From the NCBI GenBank assembly GCA_965200875.1, contig OZ241456.1, forward strand, positions 352,001-416,000: a stretch of 64,000 nt of DNA, written 5' to 3'. The translations under genes were made by a program, and so were the position numbers. Below the pieces are notes generated by a model. It did no database searches. It was not told the origin of the DNA and was given only the letters and a program-made list of their open reading frames with translations. Source of the stretch: Bdellovibrionales bacterium (GTDB lineage Bacteria > Bdellovibrionota > Bdellovibrionia > Bdellovibrionales > UBA1609). Shown here piece by piece: positions 58,801 to 64,000 of the stretch. How positions within the stretch are numbered: the first letter of the stretch is position 1; the number at the start of each line of letters is the position of its first letter.

Positions 58801-61266
58801 CAAAAAATCAGTAACATAGGTTTTGATTTTGAGAAATTGTATGAAGATATGGATAACTTTTTAAGGGTAGATGTAGATCCTGCTATATTATCTGCATTTA
58901 ATCAGACAAAAAACACACTTATTGAGTCCATAGACAAAGTGGATTCCGATATTTCCACAATACTTAATGGCTTCGATAGCAATGCTCTTCAGCAACAAAG
59001 TTTTTTTACAAAAATTCAACAACTTTTACAGGAAGCTTTATCTTTGTTAAATAATTTTACACTACCTTCCAACGAACTAAAACAGGAAGTGGAAAAAATT
59101 CAAAAGGCTTTTAACCAAGAAGTTGTGTCTTTTGTGTCATCAGATATATCTCCCGAAAAAGCAGAACAATTACTAAAGACAGAACGACTATCCAACAAAT
59201 GGTTTCATCCCGAGTTATCTTTTCCTGAGAATGAGCAGGATTGGTCTGGGTTTAATATGAATTTATTTGCAAAAGCTGAAGGTTTAAATGTGATCTCAGT
59301 GGACAATGAAAATGTAATAAACGAATTTTTAGACGACTTAAAGGACTCCGCAAAAATTCATAATACCTATTATAAAAAATATAAGAGACTTAAAGCAGAC
59401 GAAATGGATCAAAAACATAAAGCTTTTCAGGAAATGGATCAAAAACATGTAGAGGATTATAATGTAACTTATGAATGGAACCAGCATAATGAAAATGTGC
59501 AAAATCTTGAGGAAGAAGCAGTTTTTTTATTGAATAATTTTAAATTGTTGGAAGGAGATGATTTTTATACCGTGAGGCAAAAAATAAACCAGATGTTTTT
59601 ACCAGATTTTTCTCGATCTTGGTTGGATAAAATTTTAAAAGATGGAGTACATGTAGGAACCCTGTACAAACCGGAAGTGATGACTTTTTTTCATTCTCTT
59701 TGTGTTTTTTGGTTTGATAAATTTTACAAAAAATATTTGAAAAAGCACCAGCTAAAGACTATTTACAATAAACATTTGGAGCATTTTAATTATTATAAGG
59801 CCACCCTAGACTATCTGCAAAACAGTAATTCACCGGCGCAATATGTTGATCTTTTTCGAGCTATGCAGTTGTATAATTTACAATCTTTAGACAAAGGATA
59901 TTTCGACAACATAGATGATACATTTCTTTATAACCCTTTTAAAAGTCCTCAGGACAAAATAGAAGAAAGTTGGTTGAGTGATTTGCTTGATTTATTTCAT
60001 TTGGCCAAACGAGAAGAGCAGGAAACTTTTAGCAACAAAACAGTAACACAAAATCTTTATGATAGCCTAGAATATATATTAAACCAGACCGATCAGGATT
60101 ATCGTGCTACCACATCATATAACCATACCTTCTCATCATCTATGAGTCCTCAGTCTTATTTTTTTGATCGCTTAAAAGAGTATCGTCATCCTCTCTTTAA
60201 GTGCATAGCTGATCCTTTTAATTTTTTTCATATAGAGGAAAAAATTATAGTGGGGGATATTAGTTCTGACTACTCTGAGTTGAAATATGAACATGGTCTG
60301 ACTAAATCTTATACTATGCAAAGGGCTTTTGATTACGCTTATTCGGCTCAATGGTCCATGTCTCGATCTTTTTCCACTTCTCTTGGAACGGGGTTTGTTG
60401 TCCCAGGAACAGTAGGAATAGGAGATGCAGGAAAATTTTTGAATCCGTTAAATACAATAACCTCTTTTCTGTCTTTTAGTGGTGTGAAGTTATCCAGTGA
60501 GTGGTCAACCAGCAGGTCAGACACAACGGCCAACCGCCGGCAACAATCTTTGCGCTTTGCCGAAGAAGGTTTATATTTGCAGATCAATCATTCTGTTATA
60601 TCCATTGGCTTAAAACGCTATCGTCATTGTCTAATTGTACGGGCAAAGAACCATGCTTTTGAAGGATATAATAAAAATGTTATATGGAGAAAAGATCTGG
60701 CGGAAAATTTTATATATCAAATTCCCTATATAAAATCCGGCTTGATGATTTGTTCCCAGGATATTGACACAACAAAAAGACAAGACCCTTTTTCCATAAT
60801 GGAAGATTATTTCTATATGTATCAACTTGTACCGGGAGATAGAGGGCAATTTCAAAATCCGCTAAGCTTCAGGAACAGACCTTTTGTGATATCTGTAAGA
60901 GGCATAACAGAGATGGAAAAACTGGGCTTTCTTTTGCACTCCTCCGTGGAACCAGATAAAACAGAGGGTCAGGAAGATTATAATCCTTTTAAAGGGATGA
61001 CAAATCCCTACAATCGAGTACCCTCTGTGACTGATGGAACGAGAAAGGCAATTCAAAAAGCAAAAATTTGGGATAAAACAGGTTTTTATCCTGGAGTGTA
61101 TAATCGTAAACACGATCAACAGCATTACTTTTTTACTCCGTCAGAAAAGAAAAAAAACATGCTCGAGCAACTCGGAGCATGGTTAAATAATGGAAATCCT
61201 CTGGGACCTATCCGGTCTTCTGATGATGAAACAACACCTCTCACAGAAAGAGGAGAATCTCCTTGA
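55807..61266 (+). CDS. Very large (1819 aa) putative envelope lipoprotein of unknown function
   Basis: Uninterrupted ORF; lipobox-like LMS|C at residue 57; internal duplicated module; paired Cys residues. Confidence 0.85.
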   Translation: MKKTILLRVIIFILHGLSLPDKYFSRVKYLPWNRFKNQSAFVCRRLAILLSFSLMSCSFFISDDSRGPLGGNTNNANFILDQVEGRVVTASVNGLPEEIQIFYKACFRDFIHQDNTLQNSVFKIHLFETPDIRGNLGKEKKEGELNRVSTNNSTEYFPDPENPINTSIEEGENPLETEECSESSSFLFSEVSNKKSCLKIRTDSSGCLIWTEVYPYYPVNQSVWFHYSRTFEGTGVNHGVITIPMAVNPWLSFDPSGSAIQLQLVDLRYHPVDQKWKLVRLKDEDITQCLSCPSDRETKDCEICQKKKMSLSSVIAHFEKQADRPRLWIDEMDSSISQEHIVIDQNPEDMPQEQRQALKQFKVCHFDVKENCDPPGRFFKVRLRIPLHIKVRNYRNEEELLPLTRGNYSLKAYLFLQGSDGRNIVLHRDMDFISTPLHRGSKGTALNPEFYLHIPYENYSLRAFLGLKIQAEGELKSFFLPFESVFSFSDRLSSVIETNSLTLDRNTLSFYEKQPAKTEYSLMDSYNLTGSWLQINRTVEGFRRAGWDIKLNRFRFSEISMRENECPTPVDRTIRYVGEVCIIDPLTNKVVPNIDITIQRQDFFTKNSLGGEIVNISSTSTNGINIASFNKEGNHYDLTGELVSEEDKYKADTSGCLQWVDHLYHKWYDREKYFVRKMIFSKREWGFEGERMIAINPWHWGFVFFQDITQLGQSSIRTDRTDASRAARPKIILHDFRSLLVDLVYTIDRWLGINIFQNILFLFKARVERPDNISVALGGQRPSAQDLRRGYYFLRFILVKSHTEEAGGKGNIVVDDREFRKQYIRSQDFNTNNGWSIGREQNQTGQMMNTNLEYITHYETYVQVRDGIVNAYINFLFNLDQFIFIGSNNRLIVQIFPTDPKYYVYNPDSCEVDPSRSIFEPFEYHDLISQPFMGTFVPGDQRNWNIFKPLNDNVNLDVHKQIEKFIKQGKNSEEHLLFMKLQTNLTVETINDVSSNASQKISNIGFDFEKLYEDMDNFLRVDVDPAILSAFNQTKNTLIESIDKVDSDISTILNGFDSNALQQQSFFTKIQQLLQEALSLLNNFTLPSNELKQEVEKIQKAFNQEVVSFVSSDISPEKAEQLLKTERLSNKWFHPELSFPENEQDWSGFNMNLFAKAEGLNVISVDNENVINEFLDDLKDSAKIHNTYYKKYKRLKADEMDQKHKAFQEMDQKHVEDYNVTYEWNQHNENVQNLEEEAVFLLNNFKLLEGDDFYTVRQKINQMFLPDFSRSWLDKILKDGVHVGTLYKPEVMTFFHSLCVFWFDKFYKKYLKKHQLKTIYNKHLEHFNYYKATLDYLQNSNSPAQYVDLFRAMQLYNLQSLDKGYFDNIDDTFLYNPFKSPQDKIEESWLSDLLDLFHLAKREEQETFSNKTVTQNLYDSLEYILNQTDQDYRATTSYNHTFSSSMSPQSYFFDRLKEYRHPLFKCIADPFNFFHIEEKIIVGDISSDYSELKYEHGLTKSYTMQRAFDYAYSAQWSMSRSFSTSLGTGFVVPGTVGIGDAGKFLNPLNTITSFLSFSGVKLSSEWSTSRSDTTANRRQQSLRFAEEGLYLQINHSVISIGLKRYRHCLIVRAKNHAFEGYNKNVIWRKDLAENFIYQIPYIKSGLMICSQDIDTTKRQDPFSIMEDYFYMYQLVPGDRGQFQNPLSFRNRPFVISVRGITEMEKLGFLLHSSVEPDKTEGQEDYNPFKGMTNPYNRVPSVTDGTRKAIQKAKIWDKTGFYPGVYNRKHDQQHYFFTPSEKKKNMLEQLGAWLNNGNPLGPIRSSDDETTPLTERGESP

Positions 61267-61281
61267 GCTTTTTAATAATAT

Positions 61282-62463
61282 TTAACTCAGGGATTCCAAT
61301 TCTTTTGTGATATTTTTTTGCAGGGCTTCGTTGGTGCCTCCGCCGATTTCCAACAGTTTGGCATCTCTCCATAGTCGCTCTACATGGTACTCTCCCACAT
61401 AGCCATAGCCTCCTAAAACCTGAATGGCTCTGTCTGCCACGCGTTTTCCCATTTGCGCGCAAATTAATTTGGCTGTATCTGCGTTCAGCCTTTGCCCGGC
61501 CTCATTCAAGTTCATTCTTCTGGCGATGTTATAAACATAAGTTCTGCATGCCATATATTCTGCGTAACTCTCAGATAAGTGTTGTTGAATTTGCCCGAAA
61601 CTTCTGATACTTTGCCCAAAAGCTTCCCGCTCACTTGCGTATTTATTCATTTCCACCATGCACCTTTTGGCAATACCTAGGCTCATAGCCGCTAGGCTTA
61701 GTCTTTCAATTTCCAGATTTTTCATCATCTGAACTAGAGACTCTCCCTCTTTTCCAATCAGATTTTCACGGGGAACTTTACAGTCATTAAAAACCAATTC
61801 TGCCGTATTGGAAGCACGCATGCCAGTTTTGTCTTTTATTTTTTGCCCGACTTCATAGCCTGCGAAGTCTTTTTGTACCAAAAATGCAGAAATTTCTTTT
61901 TTATCAGATTGAGCATAAAGCAACACACAATCGGCGGGGGTTTTGTGATCGTCCAAAGCTCCGTTGGTGATCCACATTTTCCTTCCGTTTAAAATAAAAT
62001 GATTTTCTTCTTTTTTAAACCGGGATTTCATACCGAACACATCCGTACCCGCGGAAGATTCAGACATTGCCATCGCTCCCACCCATTCTCCTGAGCAAAG
62101 TTTTGGTAACCATCTCTTTTTTTGCTCTTCATTGGCATTGATGGATATATTGTGAGCGCAAAGTATGGCATGTGCCAAATAACCAAGACAAAACCCCGGA
62201 TCAGAACTACTTAATTCCTCATGAGTAATCACAACAGATAAAGTGTCCATGCCGGAGCCTCCAAAAGCAGGGTCAACAGTGATACCCAGAAGACCTAAAG
62301 CCCCCATTTTTTTGAAAAGCGACAGATTAAAATGTTCTTTCCGGTCATTTTCCAGAGCTTGTTTTTCCACTTCATCCTTTACAAAAGAAGCAATAGTGCT
62401 TCTAAGTATTTGGTGATCTGCCGTGGGTTGAAATAAGTCATATTTTTGCCATTCTTCCGCCAT
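61282..62463 (-). CDS. Acyl-CoA dehydrogenase, isovaleryl-CoA dehydrogenase-like
   Basis: AMSE..AGTD, LNGRKMWITNG, R.AFGQ, LGGYGY, RDAKLLEIGGGT.E. Confidence 0.9.
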   Translation of the reverse strand: MAEEWQKYDLFQPTADHQILRSTIASFVKDEVEKQALENDRKEHFNLSLFKKMGALGLLGITVDPAFGGSGMDTLSVVITHEELSSSDPGFCLGYLAHAILCAHNISINANEEQKKRWLPKLCSGEWVGAMAMSESSAGTDVFGMKSRFKKEENHFILNGRKMWITNGALDDHKTPADCVLLYAQSDKKEISAFLVQKDFAGYEVGQKIKDKTGMRASNTAELVFNDCKVPRENLIGKEGESLVQMMKNLEIERLSLAAMSLGIAKRCMVEMNKYASEREAFGQSIRSFGQIQQHLSESYAEYMACRTYVYNIARRMNLNEAGQRLNADTAKLICAQMGKRVADRAIQVLGGYGYVGEYHVERLWRDAKLLEIGGGTNEALQKNITKELESLS

Positions 62464-62675
62464 AGAATACTCTCCTTTTTTTGGTTATTTCCCGGTGTTT
62501 TTTCAGACTGGCAATATTATAGAGAAACCCTTAAAAATTTCCAGTAAACTCCTCCGTTTTTCTGAAAACCTTGGAGATAGCTTGCCAAACGACTTTGAAA
62601 ATGCTTGTAATATATAATGTTTTTAAGTTATTGCTAGGTAATAATATCAGTTAGGTAATATCAGTTGGTGATGTC

Positions 62676-64000
62676 ATGCACTCAGCAGAAATAAATCAAA
62701 AATTTATTTTCATTACAGGTGGTGTGGTGTCCTCTCTGGGGAAGGGGCTACTTTCCGCCAGCTTAGGGGCTTTGCTGGAAGCTCAAGACTATAAAATCAG
62801 CTTGATAAAATGTGACCCTTATCTGAATGTGGATCCCGGAACCATGTCTCCTTTTCAGCATGGGGAAGTTTATGTCACTGATGATGGCGCGGAAACAGAT
62901 ATGGATCTTGGACATTACGAGCGATTCACTCACGCGCCACTCCGAAGAGAAAACAGTATTACAACCGGTCAGATCTATGAAAGCGTGATTTTAAAAGAGA
63001 GAAAAGGAATGTATCTTGGTAATACTGTGCAGGTGATTCCTCATATTACGGATGAAATCAAGTCTCGTATTCGGTCAGCTGCGCGTTCAGCGGAAGTGGT
63101 GATTGTGGAGATAGGGGGCACTGTTGGGGATATTGAGAGTTTGCCTTTTATTGAGGCTATTCGGCAAATGCGGGTGGATTTGGATTCCAAAAATACTGCC
63201 TTTGTGCATCTTACCCTAGTTCCTTACCTTTCTGCTTCCCGGGAAGTAAAAAGTAAACCCACTCAACATTCTGTTAAAGCTCTAAGAGAGGTGGGTATTC
63301 AGCCAGATTTTTTAATTTGTCGAAGTGAAAAAACAATTGTTAGGGAGTTAAAAAAGAAAATTGCTTTGTTTTGCAGTGTGAGGGAAGAAAATGTCATTTC
63401 CGCTCCTGATGTGGATACCATTTATGAGCTTCCTTTGTTTTTACAAAGAGAAGACTTTGATAAAAAAATAATCAATCGTCTTTCTCTTAAAACCCGCCCC
63501 TCCAAGATGGATCTATGGAAAAATATTATTACGGCCATCAGAAAGCCGGATTACAAGGTTTCCATTGGATTGGTGGGTAAGTATGTGAACTTAAAAGACA
63601 GTTATCAATCCATCCATGAAGCACTTGTGCATGGAGGTGTAGCCAACAAGTGTCATGTGAGCATCAAATATATTGATTCAGAAACTTTAACAAATGAGAA
63701 TGTGGCTCAAAAGTTAAAAGATCTGGACGGAGTGTTGATTCCTGGCGGTTTTGGAGAAAGAGGTGTGGAAGGCAAAATTTCAGCCCTTAAATATGTGAGG
63801 GAAAACAATATTCCTTTTTTTGGAATTTGTCTTGGAATGCAGATGGCTATTTTGGAATTTGCCCGTCATGTTTGTGGCATTTTGGACGCAAGTAGCAGTG
63901 AGTTTATTCCACATTCTGACTCCATAAAAAACAGAGTTATTGATTATATGGATGGTCAGTCGGGCGATCAAAAAAAAGGGGGTAGTATGAGACTGGGAGC
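62676..64000 (+). CDS. pyrG: CTP synthase (3' end beyond the window)
   Basis: Manual translation MHSAEINQKFIFITGGVVSSLGKG...DPYLNVDPGTMSPFQHGEV...GICLGMQ...KGGSMRLG; start and end are in the same frame. Confidence 0.97.
   Translation, partial: MHSAEINQKFIFITGGVVSSLGKGLLSASLGALLEAQDYKISLIKCDPYLNVDPGTMSPFQHGEVYVTDDGAETDMDLGHYERFTHAPLRRENSITTGQIYESVILKERKGMYLGNTVQVIPHITDEIKSRIRSAARSAEVVIVEIGGTVGDIESLPFIEAIRQMRVDLDSKNTAFVHLTLVPYLSASREVKSKPTQHSVKALREVGIQPDFLICRSEKTIVRELKKKIALFCSVREENVISAPDVDTIYELPLFLQREDFDKKIINRLSLKTRPSKMDLWKNIITAIRKPDYKVSIGLVGKYVNLKDSYQSIHEALVHGGVANKCHVSIKYIDSETLTNENVAQKLKDLDGVLIPGGFGERGVEGKISALKYVRENNIPFFGICLGMQMAILEFARHVCGILDASSSEFIPHSDSIKNRVIDYMDGQSGDQKKGGSMRLG

Noticed and set aside
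63780..63971. 63-aa minus-strand ORF
   Set aside because: Antisense to pyrG

Overview
AT-rich bacterial chromosome segment, most likely from a Bdellovibrionota (Bdellovibrionales-like) organism. This is inferred from gene content: prepilin-like Cys-rich proteins, an FHA-sigma54 activator, a eukaryote-type AdoMet decarboxylase, a Lys-rich histone-like protein and many orphan lipoproteins. Most of the window is housekeeping: pstSCAB-phoU-phoB-phoR, rpmE, hinT, pdxJ, aroB-like, uvrB, prc, topA, infA, metG, rpoN, comM, NCS2 permease, purB-C-S-Q, mrp, scoA/scoB, thiolase, ahcY, iscA, speD-speE, mpl, an acyl-CoA dehydrogenase and a partial pyrG. I saw no rRNA, tRNA, CRISPR array, integrase or transposase. 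The most interesting signals are six: (1) a ~270-bp MITE-like element (2962-3233) with terminal inverted repeats and a strand-specific rod-like hairpin, with degenerate fragments at five other sites, two of which bracket a RecB-nuclease/exonuclease/SF1-helicase fusion gene in inverted orientation; (2) an outer-membrane beta-barrel gene followed by an 1819-aa putative lipoprotein with a duplicated domain and a Ser/Thr-rich segment resembling a beta-pore-forming stem; (3) an exported lipoprotein built from three tandem Rid (YjgF) domains, coupled to a TPR gene; (4) a membrane-anchored coiled coil built from shuffled 7-aa and 11-aa modules; (5) a paired palindromic operator shared by two distant intergenic regions; (6) apparent in-frame insertions in several core enzymes. 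All calls come from reading motifs by eye; no database searches were run.
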